Below, one piece after another: positions 34,538 through 46,982 of a stretch of DNA of 64,000 nucleotides. The stretch's first letter is position 1, and each line of letters begins with the position of its first letter. The notes below the pieces were generated by a model. It saw only the letters and a program-made list of their open reading frames with translations, made no database searches and was not told the origin of the DNA. This DNA comes from Macrostomum hystrix (taxonomy: Eukaryota; Animalia; Platyhelminthes). The stretch spans positions 9,114,001 through 9,178,000 of the forward strand of contig CATNEN010000002.1 in assembly GCA_950097015.1 (NCBI GenBank), given 5' to 3'. The translations under genes were made by a program, and so were the position numbers.

Positions 34538-37132
34538 CACCTGTTAGACTTCAGGTGAATCATTTAGGGTGTTTTTGTGACCTGTTAGACACCGAGTCAG
34601 TTAGGATGTGTTTGTCACCTGTGAGAAACCGGGTGAGTCAGTTAGGGTGTGTTTGTCACCTGTGAGACACCGGGTGAGTCAGTTAGGGTGTGTTTGTCAC
34701 CTGTTTGACACCGGGTGAGTCAGTTAGGGTGTGTTTGTCACCTGTTAGACACCGGGTGAGTCAGTTATGGTGTGTTTGTCACCTGTGAGACACCGGGTGA
34801 GTCAGTTAGGGTGTGTTTGTCACCTGTTAGACACCGGGTGAGTCAGTTAGGGTGTGTTTGTCACCTGTTAGACACCGGGTGAGTCAGTTATGGTGTGTTT
34901 GTCACCTGTTAGACACCGAGTCAGTTAGGGTGTGTTTGTCACCTGTTAGACACCGGGTGAGTCAGTTAGGGTGTGTTTGTCACCTGTGAGACACCGGGTG
35001 AGTCAGTTAGGGTGTGTTTGTCACCTGTTAGACACCGGGTGAGTCAGTTATGGTGTGTTTGTCACCTGTTAGACACCGAGTCAGTTAGGGTGTGTTTGTC
35101 ACCTGTTATACACCGGGTGAGTCAGTTAGGGTGTGTTTGTCACCTGTGAGACACCGGGTGAGTCAGTTAGGGTGTGTTTGTCACCTGTTAGACACCGGGT
35201 GAGTCAGTTATGGTGTGTTTGTCACCTGTTAGACACCGGGTAAGTCAGTTAGGGTGTGTTTGTCACCTGTTTGACACCGGGTGAGTCAGTTAGGGTGTGT
35301 TTGTCACCTGTGAGACACCGGGTGAGTCAGTTAGGGTGTGTTTGTCACCTGTGAGACACCGGGTGAGTCAGTTAGGGTGTGTTTGTCACCTGTGAAACAC
35401 CGGGTGAGTCAGTTAGGGTGTGTTTGTCACCTGTTTGACACCGGGTGAGTCAGTTAGGGTGTGTTTGTCACCTGTTAGACACCGGGTGAGTCAGTTATGG
35501 TGTGTTTGTCACCTGTTAGAAACCGAGTCAGTTAGGGTGTGTTTGTCACCTGTTAGACACCGGGTGAGTCAGTTAGGGTGTGTTTGTCACCTGTTAGACA
35601 CCGGGTGAGTCAGTTAGGGTGTGTTTGTCACCTGTTAGACACCGGGTGAGTCAGTTATGGTGTGTTTGTCACCTGTTAGACACCGAGTCAGTTAGGGTGT
35701 GTTTGTCACCTGTTATACACCGGGTGAGTCAGTTAGGGTGTGTTTGTCACCTGTGAGACACCGGGTGAGTCAGTTAGGGTGTGTTTGTCACCTGTTAGAC
35801 ACCGGGTGAGTCAGTTATGGTGTGTTTGTCACCTGTGAGACACCGGGTGATTCAGTTATGGTGTGTTTGTCACCTGTGAGACACCGGGTGAGTCAGTTAG
35901 GGTGTGTTTGTCACCTGTTAGACACCGGGTGAGTCAGTTATGGTGTGTTTGTCACCTGTTAGACACCGAGTCAGTTAGGGTGTGTTTGTCACCTGTTATA
36001 CACCGGGTGAGTCAGTTAGGGTGTGTTTGTCACCTGTGAGACACCGGGTGAGTCAGTTAGGGTGTGTTTGTCACCTGTGAAACACCGGGTGAGTCAGTTA
36101 GGGTGTGTTTGTCACCTGTTAGACACCGGGTGAGTCAGTTATGGTGTGTTTGTCACCTGTTAAACACCGAGTCAGTTAGGGTGTGTTTGTCACCTGTTAG
36201 ACACCGGGTGAGTCATTTAGGGTGTGTTTGTCACCTGTGAGACACCGGGTGAGTCAGTTAGGGTGTGTTTGTCACCTGTTAGACACCGGGTGAGTCAGTT
36301 AGGGTGTGTTTGTCACCTGTGAGACACCGGGTGAGTCAGTTAGGGTGTGTTTGTCACCTGTTAGACACCGGGTGAGTCAGTTATGGTGTGTTTGTCACCT
36401 GTTAGACACCGAGTCAGTTAGGGTGTGTTTGTCACCTGTTAGACACCGGGTGAGTCATTTAGGGTGTGTTTGTCACCTGTGAGACACCGGGTGAGTCAGT
36501 TAGGGTGTGTTTGTCACCTGTGAGACACCGGGTGAGTCAGTTAGGGTGTGTTTGTCACCTGTTAGACACCGGGTGAGTCAGTTAGGGTGTGTTTGTCACC
36601 TGTGAGACACCGGGTGAGTCAGTTAGGGTGTGTTTGTCACCTGTTAGACACCGGGTGAGTCAGTTATGGTGTGTTTGTCACCTGTTAGACACCGAGTCAG
36701 TTAGGGTGTGTTTGTCACCTGTTAGACACCGGGTGAGTCATTTAGGGTGTGTTTGTCACCTGTGAGACACCGGGTGAGTCAGTTAGGGTGTGTTTGTCAC
36801 CTGTTAGACACCGGGTGAGTCAGTTAGGGTGTGTTTGTCACCTGTGAGACACCGGGTGAGTCAGTTAGGGTGTGTTTGTCACCTGTTAGACACCGGGTGA
36901 GTCAGTTAGGGTGTGTTTGTCACCTGTGAGACACCGGGTGAGTCAGTTAGGGTGTGTTTGTCACCTGTTAGACACCGGGTGAGTCAGTTAGGGTGTGTTT
37001 GTCACCTGTGAGACACCGGGTGAGTCAGTTAGGGTGTGTTTGTCACCTGTGAGACACCGGGTGATTCAGTTATGGTGTGTTTGTCACCTGTGAGACACCG
37101 GGTGATTCAGTTAGGGTGTGTTTGTCACCTGT
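34538..37132. repeat. Large satellite, 41-bp unit (37-bp deletion variants), about 63 copies
   Basis: GAGTCAGTTAGGGTGTGTTTGTCACCTGTTAGACACCGGGT. Confidence 0.97.
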
Positions 37133-37402
37133 TCTTTAAACTACTGAAATTCGTTAGATGATTAGTTCTGCATGTTAGTCAGTTTTTACTGATGAACTAC
37201 TGAGGGAGAATGCTAAAACTAGGCTAAACTGTAATGCATGTAAAATCTCAGACTCGGCCCAATCTTACCTTTATACGAGCTTCTACTTCATTCAGCTATT
37301 GAAGCAATTTTGGGTCAGGTGTACCAAGGAACTCTGAATACAGTATCTGGAATGGAAACTCCCATTGGCTGTCATACCCTACACGACTGCTTTTTCTAGC
37401 CA

Positions 37403-37820
37403 GGAAAGCCTCACTACCCCAAGCCTCACTACCCCAAGCCTCACTACCCCAAGCCTCACTACCCCAAGCCCCACTACCCCAAGCCCCACTACCCCAAGCC
37501 CCACTACCCCACGCCTCACTACCCCAAGCCTCACTACCCCAAGCCTCACTACCCCAAGCCCCACTACCCCAAGCCTCACTACCCCAAGCCTCACTACCCC
37601 AAGCCTCACTACCCCACGCCTCACTACCCCAAGCCTCACTACCCCAAACCTCACTACCCCAAGCCTCACTACCCCAAGCCTCACTACCCCAAGCCTCACT
37701 ACCCCAAGCCTCACTACCCCACGCCTCACTACCCCACGCCTCACTACCCCAAGCCTCACTACCCCAAACCTCACTACCCCAAGCCTCACTATCCCAAGCC
37801 TCACTACCCCAAGCCCCACT
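37403..37820. repeat. Minisatellite, 15-bp unit, about 28 copies (G-rich on minus strand)
   Basis: CCCAAGCCTCACTAC. Confidence 0.96.
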
Positions 37821-38136
37821 GCGAAATGGAAATAGAGTTTATTTTGCACGTGCACTAAGTAGAATCAAATATAGTATTAACTATGCTTGTACAGTAAACT
37901 GAAGAGAAATTAGAAAATTAATATGATGATCCATACACATTGCTTTCGTAACAATAGCTGAATAGCAAATTTAAATAGCAATATAGCAATAGTAAAAGAA
38001 AATAGAAACTTCGTAGCAAACACATAAAACATAAAAATTCCTGTCTCTTACTTTCAGTGAAAGTAATTAATAAAGTAATTAATAGTCCAACAGTAAAACA
38101 GTAACTATAGTCTCCTTAGTTAAGTTGTAAGTCCAT

Positions 38137-40077
38137 TTAACTTCTGCTACTGGAACCGGTCAGCTTCTGGAGCCTCCTTTGTGAGCCTTCCCACATCTCC
38201 AGGAAGTCCGCAAAGTTCTTTAGACATGCTAGCTTCCTGCCAAGGAAGACCGGACGGGGTCGCGCGTTATGTCTCTTTTGTGCTTTCCGATTGTAGTCGT
38301 GCGCACATTTAGGACATTCCAGAGCTTGAGAAATACTGTCAGAACAGAACCCGGTGGCTGTCTGTCGAAACCCACAGTGTTCAATGCATTGATGGTGGAT
38401 TCGTGAAACAGAGCGACAGCCAGCTGAACGTTGACCTTCTCGATGCTTGACGGATGTAGAACGACGTTGGTAAGCTTGTGCGCCAATTTTACCGGCTTGT
38501 CGGCTTCCAAGCGATATACTCTCTCGACGTCGGCGAAAGCAGCACGGGTTGGCTTGCCAGTATAGAAGGAATTCCCGGGCACACAAACTCACCTCGCGTC
38601 AAGAAGTTGTTGTACTAGTTCTTCATGTTGTGAGTTGGGTCGAATATGAGGAACAGTCTTTGTCCGTTGTACGGATTCGTCACGCTGATATCGAGGCGGC
38701 CAGAGCACAAAAAGTTGGTGTAGAAGCGCCTGTTCGCAGCCGCATTGTCAACGCTGATGGCAACCACACTGAATCCAATCTTGTGCAGCATGGGCATGAT
38801 ACTCAAATAGCCTCAGCCCGGTCTGTGCAAGGTTTCCTGTTTGCGTTAAACCATATAGTTCTCCTCCGCTCATCTCGACCCGCTTGCTGACATCTATCTC
38901 ATCGATCAGCAGAATGACGGTTGCCTCATAGGCTTGGATAGAATCGTAGCGCAATTTTAGATACTCGAAATTGCTGAGACCTGCACTAGAGCCAATCTTC
39001 TTTGTAACGTTTCTCAAAGTCTTGACTGTTGCTGAGACCTGCACTAGAGCCAATCTTCTTTGTAGCGTTTCTCAAAGTCTTGACTGATGGCAAAATCAAC
39101 GAATTCGTCTCCAGTAGCCGTTCATAAGCAGCAGGACTAGCTGCAAACAAAATGTAGGAAAAACCAGCAGCTCAGGTGAATACCTTCGTGCATGTTTCTC
39201 CATATTTAACAACTTCAGCTGCTCTATCAGGAACGAGAGACAGGTTGACGACACCTCAGTCAAGTGGTCTTCTTGTTGAAGTAAATTAAGACTACCGAGT
39301 GCGTCTTGCTGGTGATTAAGCACAGGAATGTCCGATTCGGCTGTGTGTAGTGTACAAACGACATCAAATTTGCCAGCTGAGAAGACGAACTGAGCGCTGA
39401 AGTCTCGGTTGTAATTATGTGACAGAACTTTTTGGAGGCACAATTCGATTGCCGTGATAAACGGCAACGTTCAGTGTTTCATTAACCACAATGCTGCTTT
39501 TAACAGATGGAGGAGGATCAGGAGCCATCAACATGAGGTTAAAGGAGCCCGCCGATTTGAAAATAGCAAATCCCAATGGCATATTCTCAGCGGCAAGTCC
39601 GGCTACTAGATTATCTTACGAAATTAGGGCCTCACTCGCAAAGAAATCTTGCCTCAGTTGCTCCTGCTGCGCCAAACTCGCTTCATGACGTCGTACTGAA
39701 CTAGCTTTGTCAGATCGGACAGCCGGTTGCGCTTAGGTGAAGTAGCTTGGCATTGTATTAGTGCTGAATTGCATCGGAACAGCATCTTCCTTAAGTCGCT
39801 TCGTTGCAGGAGCAGCGCTGGCCTGGGTCTTTTGCCTCTTTCTCCACGGATTGCTGTCCTTGTATTCGAAGACAAAGTCGGAGGCTAGGAAGTGCAGAGA
39901 ACAGACTCGGGAATGCTTGGTGGGTTGAAATGTTGACTCTCTGAACAGAATTCGCAGCCACTTTGCCAGATGATCGGCTTCAGTTGGAAATCGGTGGAAG
40001 GAAATTCCATCCGTTGGGTTGAGTCGTGTTGAGTCGTAGCCAGATTTGCACCTGAAAACCGAGCATTTGTCTGGCAT
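38137..40077 (-). pseudogene. Decayed THAP-domain P-element (THAP9-like) transposase, 3'-truncated
   Basis: THAP finger MPDKCSVFRC..SFHRFP..KW..HSRVCSLHFLASDF (ATG 40077). Downstream fragments FLIEQLKLL..RRYSPELL, ILLIDEI (first catalytic D), ISVDNAAANRRF (second D), FDPTHNMKN*YNNF (DxxH), KLAHKL..HPSSIEKVNVQLA. Multiple in-frame stops and frameshifts; the C-terminal Glu region was not found. Confidence 0.88.
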
Positions 40078-41873
40078 TTTTGCAATGCAATAACGCTGTG
40101 TGGATATTAAAATAAAGAAAAAAGGATTGAAAGTAGAGCCGTCCAATGAGCTCTTTACACATTTCAGCGTCCGTATCATTCGACACTCTGCTTCGGAGCG
40201 TACATTAATAAGTGAACTCCATAGATAAACAAACTCCTACCATTGCACGATACAACTCGAAGAAACAAACCCATTTAAAGTTTGACAGAGAACGTTAATC
40301 TCTTTTCCTACCCTCAAAGCTCATAGCGCTTCAAGTTTTGCGTCTCTTCTTCACTTGGTGTTTTCCTATAATTTGTCTAGCGGTTTATTGCAGTCTAGAT
40401 GTCTTAAAGGCTATAACTCCTAACGACTATTGATACTCAGTATACCGGCTGGCGGTTGCGATCTCTCTGGATCGTTATCTCGGATTCTGCTCAAGAAAGA
40501 ACACGAACACACTGAATTTTCTGATAAGTTTAGCTTAACGGAACTCAAGCTGATTCTCTAACTAACTCGCGCGGCGAATCTTTTTCCGCGCTCCGCTCCG
40601 ATATATATAATGTCTTTAAAACCCCTCGATCCGTAATACCATACCGTAATACCGTAATACCGTACCGGCAATACCGTAGCAACATTTCGCGAGAGGATTT
40701 ATGTGGGTTGAGGTCGCAGCCTCTAGTCTATTACAGTCATTATCATTAGACTAGTTGGTTGGCAGGCACGCCAACCCCTTTCCTATGGAGGGTGGGTAAA
40801 AGTCTTAAAAACGCCTTAGTTGAGTTAGGATGCGTTCCCACTTCTACTGAGACCTCTTTCCTACTGTTCATTATCCCCTTTCCTTTCATCGATCCAGTCT
40901 TCTTGTGCGGTCCCGGACTCCTCCAGATCTCGTTCCCGATCGGGTCCGGGCGGCTCCAGTTTCGGCTGGGTTGGGTCGATGCAGGCAGCTGCGGGTCGGG
41001 ACAGGCCGAGTTGATTCCGGCAGCTCCACGTCAGCGCAGCTGCAGGTCCGGTCTCGGGTCGTTCCACGTCAGCACAGCCGCGGGTCCAGTCTCAGTCGGT
41101 TCCACGTCAGCACAGCTGCGGATCCGGTCTCAGGCTGCTGTCATGCCGAACCGGGTTTGTGCTGAAATGATTAAGTGATCTAGGGGGCGGATTTTGTCTA
41201 ATCATTCTCCTTTCAGTTGCTCGCCCTCTCTGCTGTTGCTATTTTTAGCTTAGTTTCCTACTAACGCTCACTTAAATTCCCTTCACATTTCTAAGTCTTA
41301 TAAAGCTCAAACCCTTCCTTCAAGAATCAAAGACTGCGGGCTCTGCATGGAACTTCACATAGATACGAGATCGGGAAGGCGGAGTGGGAGAAAGAAGCAG
41401 TGAAGGAAAACTATTGTTTGAGGGAAAAGCGCTTCAGTTTGGCCAGCCGTGCATGTTATGAATTCCCTGCCTATCCTAACTGAGTTTCCATTCCAGATAC
41501 TGTATTCAGAGTTCCTTAATTGGGTGTACAAATACACCTTGGCTAGAATATTCCATACCGGAGAGTAAGGACAGAAGGCAAGCGGCAGCGATAAAAGGCG
41601 TCAGTTCTGGGTAGAGTTTTGAAAAATGTGAAGAATTCTTTCAGCTGTCGCTGCAGGCCGCACTGCACATAATCGAGCAAAATAATGGTAAAGGCGATTG
41701 ACATTTTACTAATTGTTTTTAATGATCAATTATTTTATGCTATAGAATAGGTACAACTAAGTGTATACCTCCAAATACTTAAACTACTATAAGCTATCGC
41801 CATTCTTATAACACACCACCTTTAATGAATTACCGATTATATCTAAGATCTGAGACACCAACCTGAGAACCCC

Positions 41874-43382
41874 ATGCCATTGCACACGCAATTTCAGTCA
41901 AGTCATCGTGGAAAAAGCCAAAGTGGTTCGACGTTGCCCGACTGTGTAGATATGGAGTTGAATTTTGCTGAGGCTATAACCATTTACCGTCTGGACCACG
42001 TGCTAATACAGAAAATTCCATTGGTCAAAGACTGGACAGAGGCTGGTCAGTTGTTTCCTACAATATATGCCAAGCAGACACCGTATGTAGCAGCTAAGTC
42101 TTTTAGTTGCGATAAATCCTGCCTGGCTGAGTACATGCTTCTCAGGGATAAAAAGCACACGAACATTGTCGAAGCCTTCGGGCTTCAACATAATAGCAGC
42201 TCGCCTACATTACCATTCATGTACATTATGGAGGTCGGTGAGTGCAGTCTATATCATCTGTTACACAATGAAACACAAGCCACCCAGTTTCCAACGGACA
42301 CGGAGGCTAATGGTGACATCAATCAATACAGCATGGGCCACGCGCTTCTCTGGAACTTTCAACTGTCCGACGCACTTGAGTTTCTGCATGGTGCTAACAT
42401 TCTGCACCGGGATGTTAAAAGTCCAAACATTCTGCTGTTTAATGGAGGCTTGGTTGTTAAGCTCTGCGATTTTGGTCTCGGCAGGCAATTAACTTCTAAC
42501 AGCAAAGAAAACCTTACACCTTATGTTGGAACCCAACTTTGGATGTCGCCTGAGATCAGTGAAGGTACCAATAATTATAACCAAACAAGCGACTGCTACT
42601 CTCTCGGTGTAGTGATGCTAGAAACTGTGTTTCGTCATAGTCCTCAAGCACTTTTGAACTTGCCGGACAATCTAGAAAAGCAACTTGATAAGCAGATTCA
42701 ATGGCACCGCAATGACAGGATAAAAGTCCTTGAATTATCGAAGAGTCCATTCAAATACGAAGTGCATAAGACTGTATTAGACTCGCTATCAGATATTTTA
42801 AACTCTCTTCTGACCGCTAACAAGGATGCACGCATTACAGCATCCCAGCTTAAAGCCCAACTGGCGGTGTTGAAGGACAATTGGGGACGAGAGCCAAAGC
42901 AGCGAACGGTAATTTCACCAGCAGTCGATATTGAGCCTCTGGCCAGCAACCCAATCGTTGAAACAGTGAGCAGCGTCTCGACAAAGAGTGAGAGCGTGTT
43001 CTACGAGTTCGACGTTAAGTGTCAACAAGATGAGGTGGATGAGATTCGCGCACGTGTAGAGACAGTTCTTAACGCCTTAGGTGAGCGCACCAACAAGAGA
43101 GTAAATCCAAGGAACCCTTTTAGCGCTACACACAAGTTCCAGATTTTAAATACTCGTATGCCTGAAAAGCCGTCAGCTTCTGACCCCGCGAGATTGTACA
43201 TCGAGCACAGAATTAGCGACAATAACTCCGATAATACGAAAAAGCTTCGCGACTACTGCAAGACTAATGAGAAGCACGTCGAGTGGCTGGTGAAGCTATT
43301 CGAAGAAGAAAACCTGGAGGCACTTTCAAGCGGTCTAGAAGTGAGGGTAAAAGTTTCTGAAAATGGAAATAATGAATGCTGA
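41874..43382 (+). CDS. Ser/Thr protein kinase, TKL group, most like TAK1/MAP3K7, with an unrelated about 125-aa C-terminal domain; uninterrupted 502-aa ORF (the true start may lie in an upstream exon)
   Basis: VAAK, alphaC Glu (LAEY), HRDVKSPNILL, KLCDFG, GTQLWMSPE, SDCYSLG. YSMGHALLW and FNGGLVVKLCDFG resemble TAK1 YTAAHAMSW and VAGGTVLKICDFG (from memory). The Gly-rich loop is degenerate. Confidence 0.85.
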   Translation: MPLHTQFQSSHRGKSQSGSTLPDCVDMELNFAEAITIYRLDHVLIQKIPLVKDWTEAGQLFPTIYAKQTPYVAAKSFSCDKSCLAEYMLLRDKKHTNIVEAFGLQHNSSSPTLPFMYIMEVGECSLYHLLHNETQATQFPTDTEANGDINQYSMGHALLWNFQLSDALEFLHGANILHRDVKSPNILLFNGGLVVKLCDFGLGRQLTSNSKENLTPYVGTQLWMSPEISEGTNNYNQTSDCYSLGVVMLETVFRHSPQALLNLPDNLEKQLDKQIQWHRNDRIKVLELSKSPFKYEVHKTVLDSLSDILNSLLTANKDARITASQLKAQLAVLKDNWGREPKQRTVISPAVDIEPLASNPIVETVSSVSTKSESVFYEFDVKCQQDEVDEIRARVETVLNALGERTNKRVNPRNPFSATHKFQILNTRMPEKPSASDPARLYIEHRISDNNSDNTKKLRDYCKTNEKHVEWLVKLFEEENLEALSSGLEVRVKVSENGNNEC

Positions 43383-44167
43383 TTCTAATTGAAGTATACC
43401 GGTTTGGATGGTAAAGTTACATTTTAACATCAAGCCCTTTCTGAACAAAGCTATAGCTATCCGATTCCAAACCCGTAAACTTCGTTTTTCTCACTTGTGT
43501 GCTGCGTGAAAGCATGTTGTATGCATTCTGGCATTGCAATTTCGTGTCATTAAATTGCTAATTGGTTATATTTTCCTTTTGATTCAGCATCAGCACTTTG
43601 TCTTTTTTATTTAGTTATTAGAATTTTAAAAATTATTCCCGCACAATTTCTACTTTTTCTTACCGTTATTTCCTTTCAATAAAGTAGAATTCATTCTACT
43701 TTTCATAAAGTAGAATTGTGTTTAATAAAAACTACCAACATTTATATTTGTTTAGCTGTGTTTCGTCCGCAGCGCGACATGTTATAGATTTTTATCGGTC
43801 CTTTCGCAAAAGGAAAATGCACTATTCACACATTTTTTCACTACGCTCACAAACCACTATCGGTGTACGTTAATGGACCACACAAAATACAATAGAAATC
43901 TAAAAACTATTAAGTAATACAATATTTGTAAATAAAAAATCTTACAGATGTTGTTAAATTTGTGTACAGTAATTATTTTATTTAAAAACGTGTAAATTCA
44001 ATATATCCTATTTTGTTTTAAATCTGTGCGCTTTTAATATAATCGGCATAATATTCCAAAGGATCATTCTTATAGTATTTGAAATCTGCACGAGTATCAT
44101 TTATTATTACGAAATATATATGATGCATTTCTTTATTGCGCCAAATTTAAATATTACTACTGCTAAA

Positions 44168-45085
44168 ACGCGCAACACGGGGAATTCCTCGAGCGTTTTC
44201 CAGAACGAGGTCCTGGCCATCAGCTCCTGCGCTGCGGAGCTGAACGAGAAAAACATGCATCTCAGGCAGGACTATCATCTTTCACTTGGACAGTCAGGCT
44301 GCTCTGCAAGCCCTCTGTCACACCACCACGACCTCCCGGACAGTCTCTGACTGTGTCCGGCAGCTTAAAAAACCTGGCCGGTAAGAATACCGTCAGACTT
44401 CAGTGGATACCAGGGCATGCCGGTTTTCCTGGAAACGAGCTTGCTGACTCCCTGGCCAAGCAGGGAGGCGCTAGCTCTGCGCCGGGCCCCTCCCCCCCGG
44501 TTCCAATTCCGAACACCGTCATCTATCGTCAGATTGATGACTGGGCCGCCAACCTTCATCTTGCCCGGTGGAGAAGCACCATTAATTGCCGCCAATCCAA
44601 AGCGGCAGTCTCAGTGCCATCCACTCGGCTCCGGAAGGTCCTCCTAAACCAGACCCGGAAGGACATCCGGGCCCTCACCATGACCCTCACGGGCCATGGA
44701 TGCCACGCCAGGCACTGCTTCCTCCGAGGAGACCTCCGGAGTGAGCTGTGCCCGTTCTGCAACCTTGAGAACGAGGATGCCCTGCACTTCGTCTGCCACT
44801 GCCCTTTCTTCACCAGCGAGAGGCTTAATCATCTCGGACCAAACCCATCCATGGACGACGTTTGCAGATCCGAGAACATCCCGCGGCTCGTCCGGTTCCT
44901 AAGGGCTACCAGACGAACATCTTTCTTCCCTAGTGAAGAGCAAGCTGCAGGAAGGACCGGCCACGGACCTCCCTGACTGGCCCCGCGCCTTCGGCCGATT
45001 GCGGGTCTTTCAGGGATTAGCGGAATGGGCGACCCCCGCCTCCCCGCTGTGTCCATCGGACCGCCCTGCAGTCAAGTAAGTCGAG
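44168..45085 (+). mobile_element. 5'-truncated non-LTR retrotransposon (RNase H-bearing, I/Loa/R1-group-like) with 10-bp TSD
   Basis: RNase H motifs SVFQNEVLAI, LDSQAALQAL (shifted frame), LQWIPGHAGFPGNELADSLAK; LTGHG and C-terminal CPFC-x7-H-x4-C knuckle; two frameshifts; 3' tail GTCAAGTAAGTC; TSD TACTGCTAAA at 44158-44167 and 45086-45095. Confidence 0.9.
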
Positions 45086-46982
45086 TACTGCTAAATTACG
45101 AGTACTATTTTATGAAATGCTACTAAAAGTTATTCTATACTTGTATGTAATAATTATAAGCTTCTAAACGTCCAATGTATGTTCAAAATATGCGACAGCA
45201 GGAATAAACTGACACTAATAGATTGGGTAGTTGAGTAGAAAAACATCCACTAGCTGATAATTAGCTCATTTAAACGCAATTAGGCTCAACTTGAAGAAAA
45301 AATCGTTTGAATTTTTGTAGGAGCCTTTCAAGAAAAATACTTTCTCTTAACTTCCTTCAATCACAGCTCACTGTGTGGCCTACAACAGGCTGACACACAG
45401 GAAGCACAAGCTTGAGCTACAGTGTACCAATCTTCGTTTTTATAAGCTAATTTCCGTCACTTGCTACTGCCAGTGGTTGTGTGCGCCTCCACCTAATATT
45501 TAAATATTTGAGGATTCAAAAAGCGAGGATAGTAGCTGAAACTCTAATAAACGCATATAGTACTTTTATCCTAGGCTATCCAAGATAACTTATTCAAGAT
45601 GCGCACATTACAGTGCACTCAAAATGTCAATCTTTTAGACACCGGGAAGGTCTGTTTAGGTAAATTTGGTGGAAGTGAAACGCCCCTCTATACTTTAGTA
45701 GCCAAGTGCATTTAGGTGTGAACAGCTGTGCAGAATTTAGTTCGCTTACACATACACCTATAATCTTTATGTGAGAGATACAATTCAGACTACTGACAAC
45801 AGTAGAAAAGCAAAGACTTGGCTGCAAAACTCTCACATAACACTAAAAAAGTATCGCCATAAAAATGGCAAGCTTAAGAGACTTCTGTGCACATTAAGAG
45901 TGGTGGGAGAGGACGGAGTGTGGCTATGGCTGACTGACAAAGGCAAACAAGCCAGAAACCGGTCTCGGTCTGCCAGCGCGAGGTTCGTTCCCCACTTTTA
46001 GTGTGTTACACTTTATTCGCATACATGCATTAATACCTTACGTACCACAGATACCTTACTGTTGAAACTGTTACTTTCGAGAAGCAAAAACTGTCGCGGC
46101 GAAGCAATGGACTGGAGTAAAGATCTCGTACAGTCTCACTGGTTATCTTATGTGGGCATTCCATAAGGAGCTGAAGAAATTTTTTATGAACTGATGTACT
46201 GTACATGTGCAATTATATGGCTGTCAAGTTGTGCAGTACTTCTTCGATATGAGCTATTAGAACACTTTTCTTGATCGATCTAAACATATAAATGGCGCCT
46301 AATACAGATTGGCCGAGTTGTGGAGTGTCTGTGTCCATTTGCATATAAATTGTACGCGTACATATATTATACTAATAGTACGATGATGGGAGGTGACATT
46401 TGCGGTGAGTTTATTGACAGGTTGTGGCCACTTAAAACCAAGCATTTGTCTTGGCTTCCTAATAATTGGTGTCTGCAATAAAATGCTCAGCTTAACCTGA
46501 ATACTAAGGCTTTTGAAAACACCAATTTTTGCTCTGTACAAGCGAAAAAAGCAACAGCAGAGAAGAGCGATACGTTTATTGGTATAACACAAGAAAATGT
46601 ATTAAAATGCAAGGTGAGTTGACATTTAATGCCATGTATAACAGTTAAAAATTAAACAATTAAAATTAACACAGAATTCCGAATCCACAACACGAATTAT
46701 ATCAATATCAAACAGCTTATCAAGTTTTGCTCATTGAAGCAAAAATTAAGAAAATACAGAAATAAAAAGCAGTGACAAATTTTAACATGTACTTTTACTT
46801 TACTGTAGTCTGAAATTAAATATAAAGTACACGTAGAACTAAAAAAACGTAAACTTTGAAAATCAAAACCTAAAAATTTTAACTTACAACAATAATTTAT
46901 TCCCTGCTTTTATTATTTTTGAGGAGTACATTGTCCATAGTGGCTCCATGTCTCAATAAAATAAAAAGCATATCTTACAGCA

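Noticed and set aside
34538-37132. Interstitial telomere
   Set aside because: Only one TTAGGG per 41-bp unit, never in tandem
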